Part shown: in pieces, positions 36,121 to 44,473 of the stretch | How positions within the stretch are numbered: the stretch's first letter is position 1 | How the letters are laid out: every line of letters begins with the position of its first letter | Assembly (NCBI GenBank): GCA_046091085.1 | Contig: JBJTAZ010000196.1 | Span: 1-44,473, forward strand | Source: Nitrospiraceae bacterium | Lineage (GTDB): Bacteria; Nitrospirota; Nitrospiria; Nitrospirales; Nitrospiraceae | Length of the DNA: 44,473 nucleotides | Direction: 5' to 3' | The notes under the pieces: model-generated | What the model was told of the DNA's origin: nothing | Databases searched by the model: none | What the model saw: the letters and a program-made list of their open reading frames with translations, nothing else | Made by a program: the position numbers and the translations under genes

Positions 36121-36393
36121 CTATGGCTTTTCTCGACTATAGTCTCGCCCACCGACACCGTGCACGACCGGTTGCAGCTCGCGCAAGGTCTGCGCGTACC
36201 CCCCGCAAAGGTCGCGGGCCTTGGCCGGGTCTTTCTCGTATCGCTCCATGCATTCGCGGTAAGCCCGGATGAGGTCCGCCGTTTCCGAACGGACGTCCGC
36301 CGTGCCCTTCATCATGCGGAACTCTTCATAATAGTGGCAGCCGGCCAGACCGCCGAGGAGGACACAGAGACTGAGGCAAAGAGTAAGTCGCAT
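36121..36393 (-). CDS. Small lipoprotein (about 90 aa)
   Basis: MRLTLCLSLCVLLGGLAGC lipobox. It starts 10 nt after the gcvP stop; the alternative start is GTG 36402. Confidence 0.6.
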   Translation of the reverse strand: MRLTLCLSLCVLLGGLAGCHYYEEFRMMKGTADVRSETADLIRAYRECMERYEKDPAKARDLCGGYAQTLRELQPVVHGVGGRDYSREKP

Positions 36394-36402
36394 GAGGTGC
36401 AC

Positions 36403-39294
36403 CTAGGTCGTATAGCTGTCCATCGGCGGACAGGTGCAGATGAGATGCCGATCCCCATAGGCATTGTCGATCCGCGCCACGGCCGGCCAGAACTTCTGTT
36501 CCCTCACCCAGAGGGCCGGGAACGCCGCCTGCTCGCGGCTGTAGGGGTGAGGCCAGTCCGTGGCGGTCACGGCCTGGGCCGTGTGCGGCGCATGCTTGAG
36601 CGGATTGTTGTCGCGCGGGAGCCGGCCGGCCGCACTCTCCTGGATTTCCCCCCGAATCGCGATCAGGGCCTCGCAAAAGCGATCGAGCTCGGCCCGGGAT
36701 TCGCTCTCCGTCGGCTCGATCATCAGTGTCCCCGCGACCGGAAACGACATGGTCGGCGCGTGAAAGCCGTAATCCATCAGACGCTTGGCGATATCGTTCA
36801 CCTCGACGCCGGCCGTCTCTTTGAACTGGCGAGTGTCCAGAATGAACTCGTGGGCGCAGAAACCGCGGCCGCCCGTGTAGAGGACCGGGAAATCCTTCTC
36901 CAGCCGCTTCGCCATGTAGTTGGCGTTCAGGATTGCCACCTTGGTGGCCTGCGTCAGCCCATCCCCGCCCATGAGCGCAATGTAGACCCAGGAGATCGGG
37001 AGAATGCTTGCGCTGCTGTAAGGGGCAGCCGAGATCGGCTTGATGGCTTGGTTGCCGCCCACCGTGCGGAACGGATGGCCAGGCAGGAACGGCGCCAAAT
37101 GCGCCGCAACCCCGATGGGTCCCATGCCCGGCCCCCCGCCTCCGTGCGGGATGCAGAAGGTCTTGTGCAGATTCAAATGGCAGACATCGGCGCCGATGTC
37201 TCCCGGCCGGCAGAGGCCCACCTGCGCATTCATGTTGGCCCCGTCCATATAGACTTGCCCGCCGCGCGCATGGACGATGGCGCAGACCTTGCGAATGCCT
37301 TCTTCGAACACGCCGTGCGTGGAGGGATAGGTGATCATCAAGGCCGCCAGTTGATCGCGATGCTGCTCCGCCTTGGCTTCCAAGTCGGCCAGGTCCACGT
37401 TGCCATGATCGTCGCAGGCGACCGCCACGACCTTCATGCCCGCCATGGCGGCGCTGGCTGGGTTTGTCCCGTGCGCGGAGACCGGAATCAGGCACACGTC
37501 CCTCCCACTCTGGCCGCGAGCCTGGTGATAGGCCCGGATGACCATGAGCCCCGCATACTCGCCTTGGGACCCGGCATTGGGCTGGAGCGACACGGCGGCA
37601 AACCCCGTGATCTCCGCCAGCCAGGCTTCCAATTGCTGAAACAGGGTCTCGTAGCCGCGCGTCTGTTCGGCCGGCGCGAAGGGATGCATGCGCCCGAATC
37701 CCTTCCAGGTCACCGGAATCATCTCCACGGTGGCGTTGACCTTCATCGTGCAGGAGCCCAGCGTGATCATCGAGTGAATCATCGAGAGGTCACGGGCTTG
37801 CAGCCGATTGATGTAGCGGAGCATCTCGTGCTCGGAGTGATACCGGTTGAACACGTTGTGCGTCAGGAACGGACTGGTCCGTGCCAAGCCAGGCGGGATG
37901 CCACGGCCGCTCTGTTCGGCCAGCTCGTTCAGCGTAAAGGGAAGCGGCGTCCCGCCGGCGAAGCTTTCCAACAGCGCCGTCAATTCATTCGCCGCCGTCA
38001 CTTCGTCCAACGCAATGCCGAGAGCCCCATCGGCAAAACGGCGCAGGTTGATCCGGCGCTCCGTCGCGCGGGCGACGATCGGCTCGGCGGACCCACTGGC
38101 CGGCGCAACCTTCAGCGTGTCGAAGAAGGTCTGATGAACGATCCGATGGCCCAAGCGGCGCAGCCCCTCCGCCAGCATGGCCGTCAAGCCATGGACCCGC
38201 TCCGCGGTCCGGCGCAATCCCTCAGGCCCATGGTAGACCGCGTACATGCCGGCCATGACTGCGAGCAGGACTTGCGCGGTGCAGATGTTGCTGGTGGCCT
38301 TCTCGCGTCGGATGTGCTGCTCGCGGGTCGCCAGCGCCATGCGATAGGCCGGCTTCCCCGCTGCGTCTTTCGACAGACCGATGAGCCGCCCCGGCATCTG
38401 GCGGACGTGTTCCTGCTTGCAAGACAAAAAGGCCGCATGGGGCCCGCCGAAACCCATCGGCACGCCGAAGCGCTGGCTGGACCCGACGGCAATGTCGGCG
38501 CCCCATTCACCCGGCGTTCTCAGCAAGGTCAAGGCCAGCAGGTCCGTCGCCATGACGACCAGGACACCAGCCTGGTGCGCCTGTGCGATCAGTCCGCTGT
38601 AGTCGGTCAGGGAACCGTCGGTCGCAGGATATTGCAGCAGCAGACCGAACAAGTCCGGTTTAGCCGCCGCAGCTTGATCCGGCTTGCCGATCTCGAGCGT
38701 GATGCCCAGCGGAACCGCCCGCCCCTGCATCACGGCGATCGTCTGGGGATGGCAGTCCTCGGCCACGAAGAACCGATGCCGGCCCGTGCGGCCCTCGTGC
38801 TGGGCGATCCGCAGGCACATGGTCATGGCCTCCGCCGCGGCGGTGGCTTCATCCAGCAGGGAGGCTCCGGCAACGGGCAGACCGGTCAGGTCGGAGACCA
38901 TGGTCTGAAAATTCATCAACGCTTCCAGCCGCCCCTGGGCGATCTCGGCCTGGTAGGGGGTGTAGGCCGTGTACCAGCCGGGATTTTCCAGAATGTTGCG
39001 TTGAATGACCGGCGGCGTGACGCAATCGTAGTACCCCATGCCGATGAAGGACCGGAAGACCTGATTCCGATCATGCAGCGCGCGCAACGTGGCCAGGGCC
39101 TCATGTTCGCTCATGGGCGCGCCGAGCGCCAGGGGCTTGCGCAGCCGGATGTCCTCCGGCACCGTCGCGTCGATCAAGGCATCCAGGGACGTGAGGCCCA
39201 GAGTCGCGAGCATGTCCTGAATATCCGCATCCGTCGGGCCGATATGACGGGGGAGAAAGAGATCGGTCGGTGCGAGCAGGTCGGTGCGCTTCAT
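36403..39294 (-). CDS. gcvP: Glycine dehydrogenase (decarboxylating), single-chain P protein
   Basis: 963 aa starting [20 protein letters not shown]. It has conserved GcvP blocks and the PLP-region motif [16 protein letters not shown]. Confidence 0.95.
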   Translation of the reverse strand: MKRTDLLAPTDLFLPRHIGPTDADIQDMLATLGLTSLDALIDATVPEDIRLRKPLALGAPMSEHEALATLRALHDRNQVFRSFIGMGYYDCVTPPVIQRNILENPGWYTAYTPYQAEIAQGRLEALMNFQTMVSDLTGLPVAGASLLDEATAAAEAMTMCLRIAQHEGRTGRHRFFVAEDCHPQTIAVMQGRAVPLGITLEIGKPDQAAAAKPDLFGLLLQYPATDGSLTDYSGLIAQAHQAGVLVVMATDLLALTLLRTPGEWGADIAVGSSQRFGVPMGFGGPHAAFLSCKQEHVRQMPGRLIGLSKDAAGKPAYRMALATREQHIRREKATSNICTAQVLLAVMAGMYAVYHGPEGLRRTAERVHGLTAMLAEGLRRLGHRIVHQTFFDTLKVAPASGSAEPIVARATERRINLRRFADGALGIALDEVTAANELTALLESFAGGTPLPFTLNELAEQSGRGIPPGLARTSPFLTHNVFNRYHSEHEMLRYINRLQARDLSMIHSMITLGSCTMKVNATVEMIPVTWKGFGRMHPFAPAEQTRGYETLFQQLEAWLAEITGFAAVSLQPNAGSQGEYAGLMVIRAYHQARGQSGRDVCLIPVSAHGTNPASAAMAGMKVVAVACDDHGNVDLADLEAKAEQHRDQLAALMITYPSTHGVFEEGIRKVCAIVHARGGQVYMDGANMNAQVGLCRPGDIGADVCHLNLHKTFCIPHGGGGPGMGPIGVAAHLAPFLPGHPFRTVGGNQAIKPISAAPYSSASILPISWVYIALMGGDGLTQATKVAILNANYMAKRLEKDFPVLYTGGRGFCAHEFILDTRQFKETAGVEVNDIAKRLMDYGFHAPTMSFPVAGTLMIEPTESESRAELDRFCEALIAIRGEIQESAAGRLPRDNNPLKHAPHTAQAVTATDWPHPYSREQAAFPALWVREQKFWPAVARIDNAYGDRHLICTCPPMDSYTT

Positions 39295-39536
39295 CGTGGA
39301 TTCATGGCTCCCGGGGCTAGGATGGTTGATCAGGGGGTCTCCTTCGGCGCGTGCCGGGGTTTGGTATATCATACTCCACCGAGGTCCGTGAAGGGATGGC
39401 CGGCTCCCGTTGCCTTGCCTAATCCGGCTGAGTTGGGCCATCATAGGCCTATGCAATTCGGCCGATCCGTTTCCGCACCGTACCTTCAGACCGACTGGCC
39501 GTCCGGCACACCGGCGGCGCCGGTCGCCCCGACGGC

Positions 39537-41201
39537 ATGAAGATTCACGATCTGGTCATCGTCGGCGCCGGCCTGGCCGGCATGAGGGCGGCCTTGGCCG
39601 CCCTTGAAGCACACCCGCATCTGGATGTCGCCATCCTGTCCAAAGTCCATCCGGTGCGCAGCCATTCGGTCGCCGCGCAGGGAGGCATCAACGCCGCGCT
39701 CGGCGAGCAGGATTCCTGGGAAGCCCACGCCTTCGACACGGCCAAGGGCGGCCAGTACTTGGGGGACCAGGACGCTATCGAGGCCTTGTGCCGGGATGCC
39801 CCTGGAGACGTGCTGGACTTGGAGCGCCTGGGCGTCATCTTCAGCCGCGACGAGCGGGGCCGGATCGCGCAGCGCCCCTTCGGCGGCGCTGGAGCGGTGC
39901 GCACCTGTTATGCCGCAGACCGGACCGGCCACGCCATCCTCCATGCCATGTACGAACAGCTGCTCAAGCGCCGGATTTTCGTCTACGAGGAATGGTATGC
40001 AACGGCCTTGATCGTCGAGGAGGGCATCTGCCGGGGCGTCGTCGCCTGGGACCTCCTGCGCGGCGGACTCCAGGCCATCGGCGGCAAAGCCGTAATCCTC
40101 GCCACCGGCGGGAGCGGGCGCGTGTTTTTGACCAGCACCAACGCGGTGATCAACACGGGCGACGGGATGGCGATGGCCTATCGGGCCGGGGTGCCGCTCG
40201 CGGACATGGAGTTCGTCCAGTTCCACCCCACCACGCTCAGAGGCACGGGCATCCTGATCACGGAAGGGGCGAGGGGCGAGGGCGGGTACTTGTTGAACAC
40301 GCTGGGCGACCGGTTCATGAAAATCTATGCGCCGGACCAGATGGAGCTGGCCCCCCGTTCGACCGTCTCGCTGGCGATCGGCCGGGAAATTCTGGAAGGC
40401 CGTGGGATAGACGGCTGCATCCTGCTGGACCTGCGCCACTTGGGACGCGAAAAAATTCACGAACGGCTCCCCCAGATCCGGCAACTGGCGATCGAGTTCG
40501 CCGGGGTAGACCCGGTGGAAAGCCCGATTCCTGTCCAACCGGGCGCCCATTATCAGATGGGCGGCGTCAAGACCGACTCCTGGGGGGAAACCGAGTTGCC
40601 CGGCCTCTATGCGGCAGGCGAATGCGCCTGCGTGAGCGTGCACGGGGCCAACCGCCTCGGCGGGAACTCCCTGCTGGAGACGATCGTGTTCGGCCGCAGG
40701 GCCGGCCTGAAAGCCGCAGACTCGCTGCGCGGGGTTGCGCCGCGCGCGATATCGGATCAAACGTTGCGGGCCGAGGAACGGCGGATCGCGAGCCTCATGG
40801 ACCGCAGGGGACCGGAACGGGCCTGGCAGGTTCGGGACGATCTGGGACGGGTCATGAGCAAGAACCTCGGCATCTTCCGAACAAGGGAGTCCATGACCGA
40901 GGCGCTCGGGCAGATTCAGGCCTTGCACGTCCGCGCCGCGCAGGCGTCGCTCCAGGATCGCGGCAAAGTCTTCAACAGCGACCTCATCCATGCGTTGGAG
41001 TTGCAGTCGCTCCTGGACGTGGCGGACACGATCGTCGCCGGCGCCCTGGCTCGCGAGGAGAGCCGCGGCGCCCATTATCGCTCGGACTTTCCCGCACGCA
41101 ACGATGCGGACTGGCTGAAGCATTCGCTGGCGCGCCGGGCTCCGCAGGGCCCGGCCCTGTCGTACGTCCCGGTCACGATCACGCGGTTTCCACCGACATA
41201 G
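39537..41201 (+). CDS. sdhA: Succinate dehydrogenase / fumarate reductase flavoprotein subunit
   Basis: [13 protein letters not shown]; [16 protein letters not shown] (the His context of covalent FAD); RPFGG; [12 protein letters not shown]; [12 protein letters not shown]; HYRSDFP. Confidence 0.88.
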   Translation: MKIHDLVIVGAGLAGMRAALAALEAHPHLDVAILSKVHPVRSHSVAAQGGINAALGEQDSWEAHAFDTAKGGQYLGDQDAIEALCRDAPGDVLDLERLGVIFSRDERGRIAQRPFGGAGAVRTCYAADRTGHAILHAMYEQLLKRRIFVYEEWYATALIVEEGICRGVVAWDLLRGGLQAIGGKAVILATGGSGRVFLTSTNAVINTGDGMAMAYRAGVPLADMEFVQFHPTTLRGTGILITEGARGEGGYLLNTLGDRFMKIYAPDQMELAPRSTVSLAIGREILEGRGIDGCILLDLRHLGREKIHERLPQIRQLAIEFAGVDPVESPIPVQPGAHYQMGGVKTDSWGETELPGLYAAGECACVSVHGANRLGGNSLLETIVFGRRAGLKAADSLRGVAPRAISDQTLRAEERRIASLMDRRGPERAWQVRDDLGRVMSKNLGIFRTRESMTEALGQIQALHVRAAQASLQDRGKVFNSDLIHALELQSLLDVADTIVAGALAREESRGAHYRSDFPARNDADWLKHSLARRAPQGPALSYVPVTITRFPPT

Positions 41202-41207
41202 CCGACA

Positions 41208-41882
41208 ATGCGGATACTGGTCGTTGAAGACGAAGTCAAAGTCGCCTCCTTCATCCGGAAGGCCCTGGAGGAAGAAAGCTACGCGGTGGACTTGTGCAAC
41301 GATGGGGCCACCGGCCTGGACTTAGGGCAAAGCGGCGCCTACGACCTGATCGTCCTGGATGTCATGTTGCCGGGCATGACAGGACTGGAGGTGCTCAAGG
41401 GGCTCAGGAATTCCCGCATCAAGACGCCGGTCCTGCTGTTGACCGCGCTCTCCAAGGTGGACCAGAAAGTGAAGGGGCTGGACGCCGGCGCGGACGATTA
41501 TCTCACCAAACCCTTTGCGATCGACGAACTGCTGGCCCGAGTCCGGGCCCTGCTGCGGCGGGGCTCAGGAGAAGCAGCCGGCGTGCTGCACGTGGATGAC
41601 CTCGTCCTCAATCCCTCGACGCGCGAGGTAACGAGGGGAGGCCAGAAGATCGAATTGACCACGAAGGAATATGCCCTGCTGGAATATCTGATGCGCAACG
41701 TCGGCCGCGTACTGACGCGCCCCATGATTGCCGAGCACGTGTGGAACCAAGACTTCGACACCTTCACCAACGTGATCGACGTTTACATGAACTACCTGCG
41801 CAACAAGATCGACCGGGGACAGAAGCGTCCGCTGATCCAGACCGTCCGGGGAAGCGGCTACGTCCTGCGGGAGGACGAATGA
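41208..41882 (+). CDS. OmpR-family response regulator (CusR/CopR-like)
   Basis: Receiver domain (MRILVVEDE, LIVLDVMLPG, KPF) plus a winged-helix C-terminal domain (VRGSGYVL). Confidence 0.92.
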   Translation: MRILVVEDEVKVASFIRKALEEESYAVDLCNDGATGLDLGQSGAYDLIVLDVMLPGMTGLEVLKGLRNSRIKTPVLLLTALSKVDQKVKGLDAGADDYLTKPFAIDELLARVRALLRRGSGEAAGVLHVDDLVLNPSTREVTRGGQKIELTTKEYALLEYLMRNVGRVLTRPMIAEHVWNQDFDTFTNVIDVYMNYLRNKIDRGQKRPLIQTVRGSGYVLREDE

Positions 41883-43273
41883 CGCTCCGACTACGACTCA
41901 CGCTCTGGTACGGCTCGGCCCTGCTCCTGATCCTGATCGGCATGGCCCTGACGCTCTACACGGTCCTGGCCCGCGACCTGCAACATCAGGTGGACCAGTC
42001 CCTGGAGGAGGCGGCCTCGGTGGCCGCGCGCGCGCTGGAGCAGCGGGGGGCCGGTCCCTTCGTGTCGTTCGAGGACCTGGCCTCGGAGTTTCCGGACCTG
42101 GCGGTGCTGGACAAGTTTTTTCAGATCTTCAGTCCGGCCGGCGTCATTACGAGCCACTCCCCCCATTTGCGGTCGCACAACATTCCGCTGAGCCGGACCG
42201 CCCTGGAAGCCGCCCTGACCGGGCAGGCGACGCTGGAATCCGCGCGCTTCCGGGGAGAATCCCCCATCCGCCTCTTGTCCGTGCCGATTCGACGCGGCGG
42301 CCAGCTCTCCACCATCATCCAGGTGGGCACCTCTCTCGGCCACGTCGAACGCTCCCTGCGCCGGTTGCTGACCGTCCTGCTCATCGGCACGCCGCTCGCG
42401 CTGCTGGCGTCGCTGGCCGGCGGCTGGTTTTTGGCCGGGCGCGCGCTGAGCCCCGTGGACGCCATCACGGCAGCCGCCGAACGGATCGCCGGCGGGGACT
42501 TGAGCCAACGCCTGGCCATCCCGACATCCCAAGACGAGATCGGCCGGCTCTCGGCCACGTTCAACAACATGATCGCTAGGCTGGACGCCTCGTTCCAGCA
42601 GGTGCGCCGGTTCAGCGCCGACGCGTCCCATGAGCTGCGGACTCCTTTGACCGTGATGCGGGGTGAAACGGAGCTGGCCTTGCGCCGCCCCCGGTCGGCT
42701 GAGGACTACCGCCTCGTGCTGGAAAGCAGCCTGGAGGAAATCGACCGAGTGAGCCGCATCGTGGACGATCTGCTGTTCCTGTCGAGAGCCGATTTGGGGC
42801 AAGTGCCGATGCAGTCGGACCCGGTGCGGTTGGATGCCGTGCTCCAGGACATTCGGCAGCAGGCCTCGGTGTTGGGGCAGGACCGCCGGATCGCCGTCGC
42901 CGCCGGGCCGATCGAGCCGGTCACCGTCCTGGGAGACGAGCTGCGGCTGCGGGAGCTGCTCCTCAACTTGGTGGACAATGCCGTGGCCTATTCGAAGCCG
43001 GGCGGGACGGTCGAGCTGCGGCTGACCCGTGGCCAGAAGGAAGCGCGGCTCACGGTGGCCGACTCCGGCATCGGCATTCCACCGGAAGAACAGGCCCGCA
43101 TCTTCGACCGGTTCTACCGGACCGACGAGGCCAGGGCCCACTCCAAGAAAGGCACGGGCTTGGGGCTGGCCATCTGCAAATGGATCGCCGAGAGCCACAA
43201 GGGCCGCATCGAGGTCCAGAGCCACGTCGGTTCGGGTTCGCAGTTTACCGTCATCCTCCCCCTCGCACCGTAA
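41879..43273 (+). CDS. Sensor histidine kinase (CusS-like architecture)
   Basis: N-terminus LRLRLTLWYG, two TM segments, a HAMP region, H-box SHELRTPLT and G-box GTGLGLAICK. The ATG overlaps the regulator stop (ATGA). Confidence 0.9.
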   Translation: MTLRLRLTLWYGSALLLILIGMALTLYTVLARDLQHQVDQSLEEAASVAARALEQRGAGPFVSFEDLASEFPDLAVLDKFFQIFSPAGVITSHSPHLRSHNIPLSRTALEAALTGQATLESARFRGESPIRLLSVPIRRGGQLSTIIQVGTSLGHVERSLRRLLTVLLIGTPLALLASLAGGWFLAGRALSPVDAITAAAERIAGGDLSQRLAIPTSQDEIGRLSATFNNMIARLDASFQQVRRFSADASHELRTPLTVMRGETELALRRPRSAEDYRLVLESSLEEIDRVSRIVDDLLFLSRADLGQVPMQSDPVRLDAVLQDIRQQASVLGQDRRIAVAAGPIEPVTVLGDELRLRELLLNLVDNAVAYSKPGGTVELRLTRGQKEARLTVADSGIGIPPEEQARIFDRFYRTDEARAHSKKGTGLGLAICKWIAESHKGRIEVQSHVGSGSQFTVILPLAP

Positions 43274-43411
43274 ACGCCTTCACCTCCATTAAGAACTTTT
43301 AATCCCGCGCTAACCTCCTTCTCATCCTCGGCTGTTACGCTCCCCATCAACGAGGCAGGCCGGCAAGCGCGTCGCGCCTCGAACCGCATCAGCCACAAGG
43401 AGGTCTCAGCC

Positions 43412-44473
43412 ATGAACGCACAGATTCCTCGACGATTCAACCGCGGACTCGGATGGCTCGCCGGAGCGGCGCTGCTCAGCGCCCTGGCATTCTGGGTCGG
43501 AGACTATACGCCCGCCACCCACGCATCAGGAGCCGGCGCCCCACTCGCGGCAACCTCGCCGGCGGCACCGGCCACAGGCACAGCCGGCAACGGCTTCGCC
43601 CAGATCGCCACAGCCATCACGCCGGCGGTGGTGAACATCACGGCGACCGCGCCGCGCCCAACCCGCGGGCGCGAATCGCGTGATCCGCTGGACGAATGGT
43701 TCGGCATGCCCGGCCGCCCGCACGGGCCGTCGCCCGGCGAACCCAGGGGCGGCGTCGGCTCCGGTGTGATCGTGTCGCAAGACGGTTACATCGTCACCAA
43801 CAATCACGTGGTCGAGGGCGCCCGCGAACTGACCGTCACCCTGCCGGACAAGCGGGAGTTCCACGGCAAGGTGGTCGGAACGGACCCCAAGAGCGACCTG
43901 GCCGTGATCAAGGTGGAGGGGCGCAACCTGCCATTCGCACCCTGGGGCGATTCTTCCAAGCTGCAAGTGGGGGACTATGTGCTCGCGGTCGGCAATCCGT
44001 TCGGGCTCAACTCAACGGTGACGCTCGGCATCGTCAGCGCCCTGGGACGGGGCCGGATGGGCATCACGCAATATGAAGATTTCATCCAGACGGATGCGGC
44101 GATCAATCCCGGCAATTCGGGCGGTGCGCTGATCAACCAAGCCGGCGAATTGGTCGGCATCAACACGGCCATCATTTCGCAGACCGGCGGCTATCAGGGT
44201 GTCGGGTTTGCCGTGCCCGTCAGCATGGCCAAGCCGGTGTACGAGAGACTCATGGCGACCGGCAAGGTCGTGCGGGGCTACCTGGGCGTCGGCATCCAGG
44301 ATCTGAACCAGGAGCTGGCCAAGTCGTTCGATCTCACGGAGGCCAAGGGCGCGCTGGTCAGCAACGTGGGCGAAGACAGCGCGGCCGACCAGGCGGGGCG
44401 CAAGCAGGGAGTCGTGATGGTCGGCGACCCGGGGCGGGCGGTCGAGGAGGCGGGCGCCCGGCAGCGTCTGGGG
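43412..44473 (+). CDS. htrA: HtrA/DegP-family serine protease, 3'-partial (runs off the window end)
   Basis: Not in the ORF track because it has no stop within the window. AAGGAGG RBS and ATG 43412. Triad contexts are TNNHVV, KSDLAVIK and GNSGGAL, followed by the start of a PDZ domain. Confidence 0.9.
   Translation, partial: MNAQIPRRFNRGLGWLAGAALLSALAFWVGDYTPATHASGAGAPLAATSPAAPATGTAGNGFAQIATAITPAVVNITATAPRPTRGRESRDPLDEWFGMPGRPHGPSPGEPRGGVGSGVIVSQDGYIVTNNHVVEGARELTVTLPDKREFHGKVVGTDPKSDLAVIKVEGRNLPFAPWGDSSKLQVGDYVLAVGNPFGLNSTVTLGIVSALGRGRMGITQYEDFIQTDAAINPGNSGGALINQAGELVGINTAIISQTGGYQGVGFAVPVSMAKPVYERLMATGKVVRGYLGVGIQDLNQELAKSFDLTEAKGALVSNVGEDSAADQAGRKQGVVMVGDPGRAVEEAGARQRLG

Noticed and set aside
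35929-39540. 1203-aa ORF on the plus strand
   Set aside because: It is antisense to gcvP and the two small secreted-protein genes. It has no motifs and the shadow-ORF composition.
39486-41123. 545-aa minus-strand ORF (similar cases: 41891..43225, 28084..29124, 30034..31164, 26778..27743)
   Set aside because: All are antisense to genes with strong family signatures (sdhA, the kinase, FIST, gcvT, DmpA) and have low-complexity Arg/Gly-rich translations.
1-44473. Scan for CRISPR arrays, IS/transposase or integrase genes, toxin-antitoxin pairs and known defence-system genes
   Set aside because: No regularly spaced direct repeats and no transposase, integrase or recombinase-like translations were seen. 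No recognisable defence domains appeared in any frame of the ORF track.

Overview
A G+C-rich bacterial chromosome segment that is almost fully coding. The Tat-signal NxrA and NxrB pair (15045-19832) is the periplasmic nitrite oxidoreductase type, which points to a Nitrospira-like nitrite oxidiser; this is inferred from protein motifs only. I call 47 CDS and one tRNA-Gly(GCC). I found no rRNA, CRISPR array, IS element, integrase or recognisable defence genes. Most genes are housekeeping or envelope functions: glk-rpiA, an M1 aminopeptidase, the tesA/ybbA/ybbP-type module, PilZ, DedA, an AlkA-like glycosylase, a CDGSH protein, gcvT and gcvP, an SdhA/FrdA flavoprotein, a CusRS-like two-component pair and HtrA. 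The most unusual stretch is 14.06-21.5 kb. It holds a transglutaminase-core gene relic, the tRNA-Gly with a near-consensus sigma70 promoter, and a ~27% G+C tract carrying an exactly spaced sigma54-type -24/-12 element and an IHF-like site. These are followed by nxrAB with a strong terminator and then four small orphan ORFs. Other items worth a second look are an eight-gene co-directional string (22.0-28.1 kb) with a translationally coupled LOG/beta-CASP pair, tandem paralogous lipoproteins, a Tat-signal PLP enzyme/NAT/methyltransferase operon, and an SdhA-like flavoprotein with no Fe-S partner nearby. All identifications come from reading the supplied translations and DNA by eye; no searches were run.
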